Shown here piece by piece: positions 35,787-45,176 of a stretch of 59,284 bases of DNA; the first letter of the stretch is position 1; each line of letters opens with the position of its first letter. The notes beneath the pieces are model-generated. The model ran no database searches. It saw only the letters and a list, made by a program, of their open reading frames with translations, and was not told the origin of the DNA. Source of the stretch: a virus (lineage: Duplodnaviria > Caudoviricetes); IMG/VR virus record IMGVR_UViG_3300037119_007415, positions 1-59,284 of that record; one strand, given 5' to 3'. Both the position numbers and the translations under genes were made by a program.

Positions 35787-37565
35787 CTACACCGGGGCCG
35801 TGCAAGTGACCGAGGCCGTCGCGGCGACCATCTGGCCGGTCATACACATCGGCGTGTCGTACACGTACGACTCGCCGGGGACCCCGAAGTAGTGGACGTT
35901 CTCGAACGACTCCTCGAACATCATCATGTCGTTGGTGCCGACGAGTGCCGAGTCTCGGATCACGCCGACGTCGAGCGTGCCGCCGTCTAGGAACAGCCAG
36001 TTCCCTTCGGGGAACACGTAGAAGCGACCCCAGTACGGGAAGCCGTTGACAACGCCGGGTGCCTGCGTCCCGAACGGCGGTGCGCCACCGGCTGTCGTGG
36101 TCTGGCCGAACTGGTAGTCACGGGACCAGGACACGTTCACGCCAAGGTTCGCAAACGCTGCGTCGATGAAAGCCGACGCGTCGGCCCGGAGCCGCTCTTC
36201 GAGACGGTCGCCCGTGCCGGTGCGGATCAGGTCGTTGATCATCGCCTGGCGGACCCACTCGAACCCGATGACGCGGATGCGCAGATCACCGTCGGCGATG
36301 CGGTGCCGGTAGCGCATGCCCTCGACGAGAGCGGACAGGGTCGTGAACGTGTCCTTCACGGCACCGAGGAGTGCCGGGCCGGTCACGAGCTTCGAGCCTG
36401 CGGCGATACCGGCGAGGAGCTTCGACTCGGCGTAGCGCGCGTGGTACACGTCGGCGAGACGCATGTACGCCTGTAGCTGCTCGGGGTACCAACGGTCGCG
36501 GAAGTTCCCGATCTTGAAGGCCCGGGTGATGGCGTAGACCTTCGTGGTCGTGTCGACCTCGTTGCAAGCGATGGTCATGAACGGCTTGGTCGCCGGGGCC
36601 GTCGGGTTGATGTCGTTGGCCTCGGTCCAGGTACCGAAGGCTGACGTCACGTCGCCGATCGTCGGCGGGTTGAAGGTCCGCACGCCGCCGCGCACCGCAG
36701 CGAATCGGTTGAGGGCGTCACGCACCGGACGTGCTCCGTCGCCCACGGTCGGCAGGTCGTAGCGGTACGGGACGGGTGCGCAGATGCCGCCCGCCGCGGT
36801 GATGGCCTCGACCGACTGCGAGTCGATGTAGGCGCGGCGTCGATCGAGCTTCTGCTGGTTCGCGTACACGTCGGAGTCGAGGATCAGATCCTCGGTCCCT
36901 TGCATGAGCCCGCGGGCGTCGGCGGTGAGCACCGGCATCGGCGTGTAGCCATCTTGGAACGGCTTGTCGAGCAGAGCGATGGCCGCGTCGAATGCCGCGA
37001 ACCGTTCCGACGGTGTGTCGATGCGTCGCCCGCCTTGGATCCCCGGCAGGTTCATCGCCGCGGTGAGAGCCGCTGTGCGCTGCGCAGACGGCCGCGGTGC
37101 ACGGGAGGAGGGGCGAGGAGCCGCGGCGGGCGCACGGCGCACGACAGCGGGCGTGGACGAAGCCACGACGACAGGCTCGGGCGTGTCCTCGTGTGCTTCG
37201 ACGACGGGCTCGACCTCGGCCTCGGGTGTCTCGTCCTCGTCGACGACAGGTTCGAGCTCTACGGGCTCCCCTTCGTCTTCGTCGGTGTCGTCCTCGCCGG
37301 GACGGAACTGGCGTGCAAGCTCGGCGGCTTCGGCACGACGGGAGTCGGCCGCGGCCTCGCGCCGTTCCGCCTCGACGTTGTACGCGGCTTGCATCTCGGA
37401 AAGCTCACGGAGCGTCGCGACTTCCTCGTCGGTGAGGTCGGCGGGATCTTCGTGCGAGTCGAGCAGGGCGTTGGCCTCGGCTTCGAGCAGGCCGTTGAAC
37501 TCGCCCAGTTCCTCGGCGGTGAGGTTTTCGAGCCCTTGCTGAAGAAGCTCACGCAAACGGTCCAT
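35787..37565 (-). CDS. Major capsid protein (hexamer-type) with N-terminal acidic scaffold-like domain
   Basis: Acidic coiled-coil N-terminus; AITAAGGICAP...YD; RGG; PE; G....LD.GTLD.G..RDS.L..TND...F.E.FE. Confidence 0.88.
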   Translation of the reverse strand: MDRLRELLQQGLENLTAEELGEFNGLLEAEANALLDSHEDPADLTDEEVATLRELSEMQAAYNVEAERREAAADSRRAEAAELARQFRPGEDDTDEDEGEPVELEPVVDEDETPEAEVEPVVEAHEDTPEPVVVASSTPAVVRRAPAAAPRPSSRAPRPSAQRTAALTAAMNLPGIQGGRRIDTPSERFAAFDAAIALLDKPFQDGYTPMPVLTADARGLMQGTEDLILDSDVYANQQKLDRRRAYIDSQSVEAITAAGGICAPVPYRYDLPTVGDGARPVRDALNRFAAVRGGVRTFNPPTIGDVTSAFGTWTEANDINPTAPATKPFMTIACNEVDTTTKVYAITRAFKIGNFRDRWYPEQLQAYMRLADVYHARYAESKLLAGIAAGSKLVTGPALLGAVKDTFTTLSALVEGMRYRHRIADGDLRIRVIGFEWVRQAMINDLIRTGTGDRLEERLRADASAFIDAAFANLGVNVSWSRDYQFGQTTTAGGAPPFGTQAPGVVNGFPYWGRFYVFPEGNWLFLDGGTLDVGVIRDSALVGTNDMMMFEESFENVHYFGVPGESYVYDTPMCMTGQMVAATASVTCTAPV

Positions 37566-37712
37566 CTGTGCTCCCCGTGTCCGAGTCTCGGTGTGAGGCG
37601 GTGACGCTCGGGGGCTAGGGCCGTGCCGACGTTCGCACTAGGGGCGATGACGTCGTTGGATCCGCGTGGCCCGGAGGCTATGGCGCCGTCCGGTGCCGGC
37701 GCAAGCACCCTA
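37566..37712 (-). promoter_or_regulatory. Structured 5' leader of the capsid gene
   Basis: -10-like TAGGGT at 37712-37707, then three hairpins bearing CC[AC]TAG. Confidence 0.5.
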
Positions 37713-37955
37713 CGTTGCCAGCGAGTCTGGCGACGGCCGGGCGTCGTCGATCTCCTCCCGGCCGTAGTCGCAGTCGTGGCAGCCGATGACCCAGCCCTGG
37801 CGGTGCACGATCGTCGGGTTCTCGACGTCGGTGATCATGACGCGTTGACGGAGCAGCGACGGGATCAGACACACGGGGCACCACTCGGGCGAGGGCTCGG
37901 GGTTGAACCGCCAGACCTTGTAGAGCGGCCGGAAGGCCGGGTGGTTCTCACGCAT
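37710..37955 (-). CDS. Small CxxC...CxxC protein
   Basis: WCPVC...GCHDC; fills the gap between protease and capsid genes. Confidence 0.55.
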   Translation of the reverse strand: MRENHPAFRPLYKVWRFNPEPSPEWCPVCLIPSLLRQRVMITDVENPTIVHRQGWVIGCHDCDYGREEIDDARPSPDSLAT

Positions 37956-37958
37956 CGT

Positions 37959-39533
37959 TCAGCCGTGGCGCCGAAGATTCCGCAGCGTCTCCGCGGCCAG
38001 CTGCGCGGCCTCGGCACGCAGCGGTGCCGTGCGTTGGTCGACGAACGTGCGGAACTGCGCCATGCCTGATTCGATCCCGTCGAGGCGCGCCAGGACCGAC
38101 GCCATGACCTGTGCCTCGTCGGTCGGTCCGTGCCCGCCGCAGCCGCATGGTTCTTTCGCCGCGGCACGCGCGACGGGCGCTGTGATGATCGTGAAGCCTG
38201 ACGCCGATGCCGTCATCACGGCTTCGCCCGCGGCGACCTCGATCGGTTCGGTCGAGTCGATGTAGGCACGGCGTCGTTGGATCGGCAGGCCGGGCGCGTT
38301 GACGCCGAGCACCGAGATCAACGACTGCTTGTCGGAGCCGCGCCAGTCGCCGGAGATCCCGCCGGCGCGCAACGTGCGCACGAGTTCGTCGGTCACGCCG
38401 GGACGCAACGCACCGCAGCACCAGCCGCCCATGTGGCCGGGATGCACGATCCCGTCGCCCCAGGCGCATGACGTGTTGGCGTAGTAGTCGCGGGCGTCGT
38501 TGACGTTGAGGAGCCCGCCCGCGTGGTTGCCGCCGACGACGAACACGCCGGTCCCTTCGAGCAGTGATCCGTCGTCGACCTGCACCGCTCCGATGTGGAA
38601 GAACGAAGTGTCGGACGGCGCGGTGATGCACACGTTGGCGTACCCGATGTGGCATCGCTCCCGCGGGTTGAGGTGTCCGTAGAACTGGCCGTCGTCGGTG
38701 ATCACGAGGGGCAGGGCGTCGCCGATGTACGCGCCGGTCTGGTCGTCGTACTGCGGCACGAGACGCGGGTCGCCGTCCTCGGGTTCGGGCTCGAAGAACC
38801 ATGCCCGGGGTGGGCGCAGCGGCGCGGCGGCGGCAACGACTGGTGCCCGCTCTTCGGCGGGTGCCTCGATGTCGTCGCCAGGCGCGGTGTCGTCTAGCTC
38901 GATGTAGACGCCTTCGTTGAAGGCCCCGGCCGGGAGGGCGACGGCGCCGATGATGCGGGCCCGTGTGTAGTGCTCGATGACTTCGTCCATCGCCATGGCG
39001 AACAGGACCTCGCCGTCGTCGGGCATGGCGTCACCTGCCGCGGCGGTGAACGTCGCCGCGCGTTGCCGTGCGACGAACTCCCGAAGGAACGTGCCCATGG
39101 CGAGCGACGCGACCTGTGCCGACGCGAGGATCACGATGCCATCTTCGCCATCTTCGGACTCGGGGTCGGGCGCGGCGACCGAGTCGGGGTTCTGCACGAT
39201 CTCGACGGCCAGGTTGTCCATGTCGACCGACACGCCGAAGCGGGCACCGTGGGATGCCGAGCCCGCTTCCATGCGGCGGATCATCTCCGCGCCTTCGGGG
39301 ATCTCGTCGTCGATGGCCCCGGTGAACACGATCTCGTTGCCGACACGTTCGAGCGTCGTGATGTTCCCGACGTCGACTGCGCCCGCGCCGCCCATGCCTC
39401 CGTGAAGCTGCTGGTCTTTGAGCCAGCCGAACGGCATCGGCGGGTCGATCCACGTGAACGAGTCGAACAGTCGACCGTCGGACGTCTGCACGCCCTCGAT
39501 GGCGAGCACGCCCCGTGTCCGTCGCAGTGTCAT
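37959..39533 (-). CDS. Capsid maturation protease-like protein
   Basis: GVLAIEG..TSDGR, GVSVD.D, GH.....CHIG and ISGDWR...V.GVN.PG.P; ATG 39533. Confidence 0.8.
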   Translation of the reverse strand: MTLRRTRGVLAIEGVQTSDGRLFDSFTWIDPPMPFGWLKDQQLHGGMGGAGAVDVGNITTLERVGNEIVFTGAIDDEIPEGAEMIRRMEAGSASHGARFGVSVDMDNLAVEIVQNPDSVAAPDPESEDGEDGIVILASAQVASLAMGTFLREFVARQRAATFTAAAGDAMPDDGEVLFAMAMDEVIEHYTRARIIGAVALPAGAFNEGVYIELDDTAPGDDIEAPAEERAPVVAAAAPLRPPRAWFFEPEPEDGDPRLVPQYDDQTGAYIGDALPLVITDDGQFYGHLNPRERCHIGYANVCITAPSDTSFFHIGAVQVDDGSLLEGTGVFVVGGNHAGGLLNVNDARDYYANTSCAWGDGIVHPGHMGGWCCGALRPGVTDELVRTLRAGGISGDWRGSDKQSLISVLGVNAPGLPIQRRRAYIDSTEPIEVAAGEAVMTASASGFTIITAPVARAAAKEPCGCGGHGPTDEAQVMASVLARLDGIESGMAQFRTFVDQRTAPLRAEAAQLAAETLRNLRRHG

Positions 39534-39706
39534 CCCAACCTCCCGTAGACCTTGCCGATGATGTTGTCGTCGGCGTCGAACAACTCGATGATCGACTCGG
39601 TCGCAACGGAGTCGTCCACCGCTGCGCCGTCGTCGTTGAAGAACAAGATCACCGCATGATGCGCGCCGTCGGGCAGGTCGTCGCCGTCGATCCGCTTCGT
39701 CATCAT
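39530..39706 (-). CDS. Small acidic protein (58 aa), candidate inhibitor/immunity partner of the MuF-peptidase
   Basis: MMTKRIDGDDLPDGAHHAVILFFNDDGAAVDDSVATESIIELFDADDNIIGKVYGRLG; ATGA overlaps at both ends. Confidence 0.7.
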   Translation of the reverse strand: MMTKRIDGDDLPDGAHHAVILFFNDDGAAVDDSVATESIIELFDADDNIIGKVYGRLG

Positions 39707-42700
39707 TTGAGGAGCCCTTTCGTGTACTCGTCGAGCAGGCTCGCGCGTGCGGGCCAGATGTCGGCAAAGCGTAGTGACACGGTGCGGCCGTCTCGTTCGA
39801 TGCGGCCGACCGACCCGTAGCGTTGGTCGGCCATGTAGAGAGCCATCGACTCGGCGAAGTCTTCTTTGTTGTTGGCCCGGCCGTAGTCGGTGATCCCGTG
39901 CGTGTACTCGTAGCCGTTGGGCAACGCCCGTTGCCGTTCGATCCCGGTCTGCACGATGCGGTGTGACGCGTCGGTGCGAGGGATCCACCCGGCGAACTCG
40001 GACTGGCCGCGTGCCGCGTCGAGAGATCCGGCGTCGAGCCAGTCGGAGTAGCCCAGCGTGGAGGGGCCGCGTGCGCCGTCGACGAGATGGCCGTACTCGT
40101 GGCGCAACGTCCGCATCCCCGTGCCGCCGTTGTAGTACGTGATCTCGCCCGAGTTCATGTTGGCTGTCGCCGCGGACAGGAAGTCCCGGCCGCCGTACTT
40201 CTTCGACCAGTAGAGATCGTCGGGATTGCGTGCGTCGAGGTAGCTGATCTGGTTCGTGACGGCGCGGCCCTTGTTCGTCAACTGCTTCGAGAACACCTCC
40301 AAGTCCTTCAAGCCCTCGTGCCGGTCGAGGTAGTCGTTCATCGCAGCGCGCGACATGTTGCCGTCGGACACCTCGACCAGGACCTTGAACCCGTGACGCT
40401 CGACGGCAATGGCATTTGACGTGATGTCTCTGCGGTACGCCGATCCGAGCTTGTAGTTCAAGTTGCGGATCATCACGGGCTCGCCGGTCTTCGTGGCCTT
40501 CGCCTCACGAAGCGCCTTCTTCACCACGTCGTTCAGCGGGGCGGCGCGCTTCTTCGACCAGTCGACGGACTCGGCCGGGCCGGGCTTCTCGACCTCGGCG
40601 ACGTCCTCGATCTGTGTCGTGTGCGCGGCGACTTCCTCCGGTGTGATCACGATCGGCTCGAAGTCACAGACACAGCCGTTGTGATCACCCGGGTAGAAGT
40701 ACGGGGTGTCGGGCCAGCCGTCGGTGTTCGTCAACACCGGGTCGTCGAAGTTCGCGAACACGGTGCCGTTGAGTGCCAGGTGAGGCTCGAACGTCTTGCG
40801 TTGCGCCGCGCCGTAGACCCATTGGAAAGCGTCGATCCGTGCGCCGCCGTCGGTCAACGCGTCGGTGATGTCACCGCCCGTTGCCAGCATCCCGATCGGT
40901 GTGTTCTGTAGGGCCTTCACGTTCCCGGCCTCACCACGCAACGCTGCGCCCCCGGCGCGCGACAGGGCCTCGCGCACGAGCCCGGGCGGGACACGAGACG
41001 ACAGCGACAACTCTCCCGCGGCTTCGGCGATGGCAATCGTCTCGGGGTCGAACAGTTGACGCTTCGCCAGGTCCGACATGTTCGTCGACAGCCACTTCCA
41101 CGCTTCGTCTTTGTTCTCCAACAACCGAAGCTGCATCTCGGCACGCCGGGCGCGCGACATGTTCCCGGTGATCTCCTCGACGATCGTCAACGCGTCGGCA
41201 CCGGCCTGCGTGACCCACTCGTTGAACTGTGTCTCTAACGCAGCCCAGGCGTCTTCGAGTAGGACGTCGGCGGTGAACCCGGCGTCAGCGATGAGTGCCG
41301 GACCCAACTCGTTCGCCGCCCACCGCATGTCGGCCAGGCCCCGGAGCCGCGGCCGTAGCTGCTGCGACGACCGAAGCCGGTTCCCCGCTTTCTCCAGCGC
41401 ACGGTCGAGTGCCGATTCTGCGGCGCCGAGGAGACGGTCACGCAACGACACGTCGAGCGACATCAGCCTGCGGCCGGGGTTCGCACGCGCCGCGGCGAGC
41501 AGGACCATCGCCGCGGGTGCGACACCGGGGGCAGCCTCGGGTGCCGCCGACGGCATGGCGACGTCGACCCCGCCGAGGATCAGCACCTCACGTGTCAGCG
41601 CCTCGGTGAAGATCCCTTTCCGTGCCGCGAGGTTGCGTGCCCACTCGACGTCGTCGGGGGCGTCGTCCTCGGGGATCGACTTCATGCGCCGGTACGCGGC
41701 GTCGCTGATCACACCGCGGCTGTGTGCCTCGTCTGGGTTGACGTCCTGATCGGACACGAGCCCGGAGATGTCGGGCCATGCGAACACCTGGGTCACGTCG
41801 ACGTCGGCACCGAACAGTGCCGACAGGTTCGGGTGTAGGAACCCGGTGGTGTACGCCTCGGCGAGCCACTGGACACGAGGCTCGAAGTGGTCTTCGTAGA
41901 CGTCTTGGTCGATCTGCTCGGCGTTGCTGAACGTCGTGGACATGTGGCCCATGACGACCTCGACCGGCACGTTCAACCCGCGGGCGACCCGGTCGATCTT
42001 CTTCTCGATCTTCTGGTCGAGCGTCATGTCCGGTGGCCGTGAGAGGTCCATCGTTCGGAACACGTCGGGCCGGAGATAGTTGGCCTGGCCCGAGATGATC
42101 AGGCCGACGAGCGTGGCGACGTCGGTCGGATCGTCGACCGGTGTCGTCGCGAAGTTCGTTATCGCTTCGAGCAGCCCGTTCTGTTGCCCGCCCTGCTCGA
42201 CAGGGTCACCGCCCTCGTCCGGCGAGTCGTCACCGGTCGGTGCCGGCTGATCGGTCAGCCCGAGCTCTACCGGCACGAGCACCAGCGGAGCGGACAGCCT
42301 CGACTTCGACTCGGCTTTCTGTTGCGCCGTCATCAACGCCAGGCCTTCAAGGTCACTGATCAACGCACGCATGTGACAGTCGGGCAGCTTCGACCACTGC
42401 GGGTGCCGCTGCCACATACGGATCAGGCCTTCGGTGGTGTCGTCGATCGGTCGGCCCTTGTCGCCGGGCGTGTCGTGTACGAGCACCTCGGGGTGCCCAC
42501 CGGGAAGCGACTTCCCGGTCGACTCGATCTCGGACACCGAGCGGACGTCCCACGACTCGGGCTGATACGGCCGATAGTCGACGTCGCCAGGGATGCCCTG
42601 CGCCGTCTTCTCGTCCTGCCCGTGTAGGAAGCATTCCCCGGCGACCTCGATGTTCGCCTCGATCATCCTGTTCAACTCGCCCTGCCCGCCCGTCGGGGCA

Positions 42701-43086
42701 CGGAGCCGTTCGATCTCTTGCGTCGCTGCCTGCGCCAACGGTGACAACTCGAGCGACGTGACGACGCCGTCGGCGTCGAACTTTGCGGCAACCAGTGGTG
42801 ACGTGGGGTCGTCGACGGGGACGACTTCGCCTTCGGCGTTGTAGCAGGCGGCGAAGTATCGGACCTTCCCGATGCCGTTGGCCAGGAAGTTGATGGCGAA
42901 CTTCACCTCGGGCGTCTCGTCGTAATAGCCCCAGGCGTCGCGTTGCCACTCCTGTCGCTTCGAGAGGAGACGTTCGATGATCTTCGAGTCGTTGAGCGGG
43001 ACCTTCACGGCCGCCGCGGTGAACACGACACCACGTCGACGTCGGTGTCCGTTCGTCGATGGCTCGGGCAGCGCGAGGTCCGTCAC
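39703..43086 (-). CDS. Portal protein fused to a MuF-like domain and a C-terminal zincin metallopeptidase
   Basis: Portal-like N-terminus (WQRDAWGYYD..PEVKFA, VAGECF, R.W..HP); MuF-like W...H..L.G...PGDHNGCVC; C-terminal LRHEYGHLVD...ITDYG..N.KEDFAES. Confidence 0.85.
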   Translation of the reverse strand: MTDLALPEPSTNGHRRRRGVVFTAAAVKVPLNDSKIIERLLSKRQEWQRDAWGYYDETPEVKFAINFLANGIGKVRYFAACYNAEGEVVPVDDPTSPLVAAKFDADGVVTSLELSPLAQAATQEIERLRAPTGGQGELNRMIEANIEVAGECFLHGQDEKTAQGIPGDVDYRPYQPESWDVRSVSEIESTGKSLPGGHPEVLVHDTPGDKGRPIDDTTEGLIRMWQRHPQWSKLPDCHMRALISDLEGLALMTAQQKAESKSRLSAPLVLVPVELGLTDQPAPTGDDSPDEGGDPVEQGGQQNGLLEAITNFATTPVDDPTDVATLVGLIISGQANYLRPDVFRTMDLSRPPDMTLDQKIEKKIDRVARGLNVPVEVVMGHMSTTFSNAEQIDQDVYEDHFEPRVQWLAEAYTTGFLHPNLSALFGADVDVTQVFAWPDISGLVSDQDVNPDEAHSRGVISDAAYRRMKSIPEDDAPDDVEWARNLAARKGIFTEALTREVLILGGVDVAMPSAAPEAAPGVAPAAMVLLAAARANPGRRLMSLDVSLRDRLLGAAESALDRALEKAGNRLRSSQQLRPRLRGLADMRWAANELGPALIADAGFTADVLLEDAWAALETQFNEWVTQAGADALTIVEEITGNMSRARRAEMQLRLLENKDEAWKWLSTNMSDLAKRQLFDPETIAIAEAAGELSLSSRVPPGLVREALSRAGGAALRGEAGNVKALQNTPIGMLATGGDITDALTDGGARIDAFQWVYGAAQRKTFEPHLALNGTVFANFDDPVLTNTDGWPDTPYFYPGDHNGCVCDFEPIVITPEEVAAHTTQIEDVAEVEKPGPAESVDWSKKRAAPLNDVVKKALREAKATKTGEPVMIRNLNYKLGSAYRRDITSNAIAVERHGFKVLVEVSDGNMSRAAMNDYLDRHEGLKDLEVFSKQLTNKGRAVTNQISYLDARNPDDLYWSKKYGGRDFLSAATANMNSGEITYYNGGTGMRTLRHEYGHLVDGARGPSTLGYSDWLDAGSLDAARGQSEFAGWIPRTDASHRIVQTGIERQRALPNGYEYTHGITDYGRANNKEDFAESMALYMADQRYGSVGRIERDGRTVSLRFADIWPARASLLDEYTKGLLK

Positions 43087-43108
43087 GCCCGTCGAGCGTA
43101 GTGCGCGC

Positions 43109-43384
43109 CTAGTCGACGTCGAGGTTTGCTACGAGCCCGGCAACGTGGGATGCCGCCAGGACACGGGCCAGGTAACGCCAGCCCGGCACGTATCGGCGGG
43201 CCACGACAACGCCCGCGGCGACCCAAACCGACATGCACCACGGGCACGTCGTCAGGTACAACAACCGACGTCGGTGCCGGACGCGCCAGGCGACACGGTC
43301 CCTGATGTCTTCGGTGAGCTTGTCCTTCGTGGCGAGCCGCGTGAGCCGACAGACGGCCAGCGCGTCGATGACGTCCTCGGTCAC
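43109..43384 (-). CDS. DUF1360-like membrane protein
   Basis: LAV.RLTRL...D.LT...R...LYL.TCPWCMSVWVA. Confidence 0.8.
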   Translation of the reverse strand: MTEDVIDALAVCRLTRLATKDKLTEDIRDRVAWRVRHRRRLLYLTTCPWCMSVWVAAGVVVARRYVPGWRYLARVLAASHVAGLVANLDVD

Positions 43385-44181
43385 GCGGGCTGCCAGACGA
43401 CGAGGTCGGTGAGCGTCGCGACGGCTGTGAGCTTCGCCGTGGGGTTCCCGCCCCAGCCGCCGACGGCCAGGTTCCAGATGATCCCGAGGCCACCGGGCCA
43501 TGTCGGCCACGGGGCCGGAGGGAACACGTGGATCCTCACGCCGTCGACGTACACGCCGACCCCGGCCTTCATGACGTGCATCCCGTAGCGGTGGGGCTGT
43601 GACCAGTCGAGACGCTGTTGGGCGCCGAGGTCGGCGCCGTTGTAGTGCACGTGATGTTCTGAGTGGCCGGGCATCGCGCCGACGAGTTCGACGACGTCAA
43701 GTTCCGGTGACGACGCCGGGCCGCCCGTCGGGTTCGCTTGCGGCATCAGCCACAGCGCGGGCCATACGCCCTCGCCGCCCGAGCATGACACCGTGCCCTC
43801 GATGTAGTCGCCGACGTCGACGAGGCCCCGATGGTCGAAGCCCCACGTACACGCGCCCGACGTCCACGTCTTGTCGCCGTTCGGTGTCGCGACGAGGTCG
43901 CATCGTGTGCGTGTCGCATGGATGGCCGAGGGCCGGTATCGCTGTAGCTCGTTCCCGAGATGATCGAGGTCGCCCCAGAACGGGACGAGCCCCGGCACAC
44001 CCGCGGCCAGATCGACCACGTGCTTGATCCTCAACACGGCTGCGATGTCCTCTGGCGGCCTCACCGGGCCGGGCTGCACGGGAGGAGGCTGCACGATCGG
44101 CGGGACGGGAGGAGACGGCACAGCGGGTGTGATGACATCGTCGGGTCCTGCCCTGCGTCGACGTCGACGCCACAGGCTCAC
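43381..44181 (-). CDS. GH16-family glycoside hydrolase
   Basis: G.WPALWLM...PELDVVE (ExDxxE), H.YG and YVDG; Arg-rich then Pro-rich N-terminus. Confidence 0.8.
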   Translation of the reverse strand: MSLWRRRRRRAGPDDVITPAVPSPPVPPIVQPPPVQPGPVRPPEDIAAVLRIKHVVDLAAGVPGLVPFWGDLDHLGNELQRYRPSAIHATRTRCDLVATPNGDKTWTSGACTWGFDHRGLVDVGDYIEGTVSCSGGEGVWPALWLMPQANPTGGPASSPELDVVELVGAMPGHSEHHVHYNGADLGAQQRLDWSQPHRYGMHVMKAGVGVYVDGVRIHVFPPAPWPTWPGGLGIIWNLAVGGWGGNPTAKLTAVATLTDLVVWQPA

Positions 44182-44477
44182 GACTGCCGCTCGATGAACG
44201 TACGGGCGAGGACCCACGGGCACATCGGATCGTGTTCGACCCGTTCGAGCCGCACCGCGTCGGCCATGCACAACGCACAGCGGTAGAGCCCGTGCTGATG
44301 TGCAATCGGCGACGACGCCGCCAGGATCATCGTCACGGTGTAGAGCTCGACGATGGTGTCGATCATCGCGTCGAGCGACGCGGCGACGTTCGGGCCGAGG
44401 TCGTCGACGATCGACTGCAACCTGTCGACGTCGACGCGCATCACGTGCGCAGCCATGTTCGGATCTCCTTCGCTCAT
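44178..44477 (-). CDS. Hypothetical protein with CxxC...HxxxC
   Basis: Coupled ORF. Confidence 0.55.
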   Translation of the reverse strand: MSEGDPNMAAHVMRVDVDRLQSIVDDLGPNVAASLDAMIDTIVELYTVTMILAASSPIAHQHGLYRCALCMADAVRLERVEHDPMCPWVLARTFIERQS

Positions 44478-44725
44478 GCAGATCCGCTGCACCCGCAGCC
44501 GACCGGGGTCACGGTCCATGCGCCGCCGTCGGTGTCGACAACGGACCAGGCCTTCGAGGCTTCGGGGACGATCGACACCAGCTGCTTCTCGATCGTGACG
44601 TGTTGCGCGGTGTCGTCGATGTAGCCGACGAACAGCCGCATGGTCGACGGGCTGATGACCGACGTCGCCTTGTCGATCACGGCACCGTCGGGTGTCGTCA
44701 CTTTGCTGCTCGTCCAGTTGGGCAC
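44474..44725 (-). CDS. Hypothetical protein ending in GCGC
   Basis: Leaderless -10 TAGCAT 7 nt upstream. Confidence 0.6.
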   Translation of the reverse strand: MPNWTSSKVTTPDGAVIDKATSVISPSTMRLFVGYIDDTAQHVTIEKQLVSIVPEASKAWSVVDTDGGAWTVTPVGCGCSGSA

Positions 44726-44772
44726 ACGGGTGATGCTAGATCACGACGCTGCGTGTCTATTACGTTGCGCGG

Positions 44773-45168
44773 ATGCGACGGATACGTGACTTCATCTTTG
44801 CCATGTGCGCGCTTGGGTTGATCTCGGGCTGCACGCCGGACCAGATCGACTGGTGGCTCAACGCTCCACCGGATCAACGCGACGCCGCGACCGAGTACGT
44901 CGTGCGCGAGGCCGCAGCCGAGTTCGGCGTCGATCCCGACCTGATGCTGAGGATCCAACGATGCGAGGGCTCGGTGCCGTGGGCACGCAACCGATCAACG
45001 GCATCAGGGCTCTTTCAGCACATCGAGCGTTACTGGCCGGGCAGGGCGGCAGCCGTCGGTGCCGACGGCGCGCCGTGGTGGGATCCGCAAGCGAACGCGC
45101 GTGCCGCGGCGTGGATGATGGCGAACGGCGGGACGGCTCCGTGGCGTGCATCGTCTCGGTGCTGGTGA
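44773..45168 (+). CDS. Lipoprotein with lysozyme-like / SLT transglycosylase domain
   Basis: Lipobox ISGC; RCEG (catalytic Glu position), ASGLFQ, DPQANARAA and G..PW. Confidence 0.8.
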   Translation: MRRIRDFIFAMCALGLISGCTPDQIDWWLNAPPDQRDAATEYVVREAAAEFGVDPDLMLRIQRCEGSVPWARNRSTASGLFQHIERYWPGRAAAVGADGAPWWDPQANARAAAWMMANGGTAPWRASSRCW

Positions 45169-45176
45169 GACGCGAC

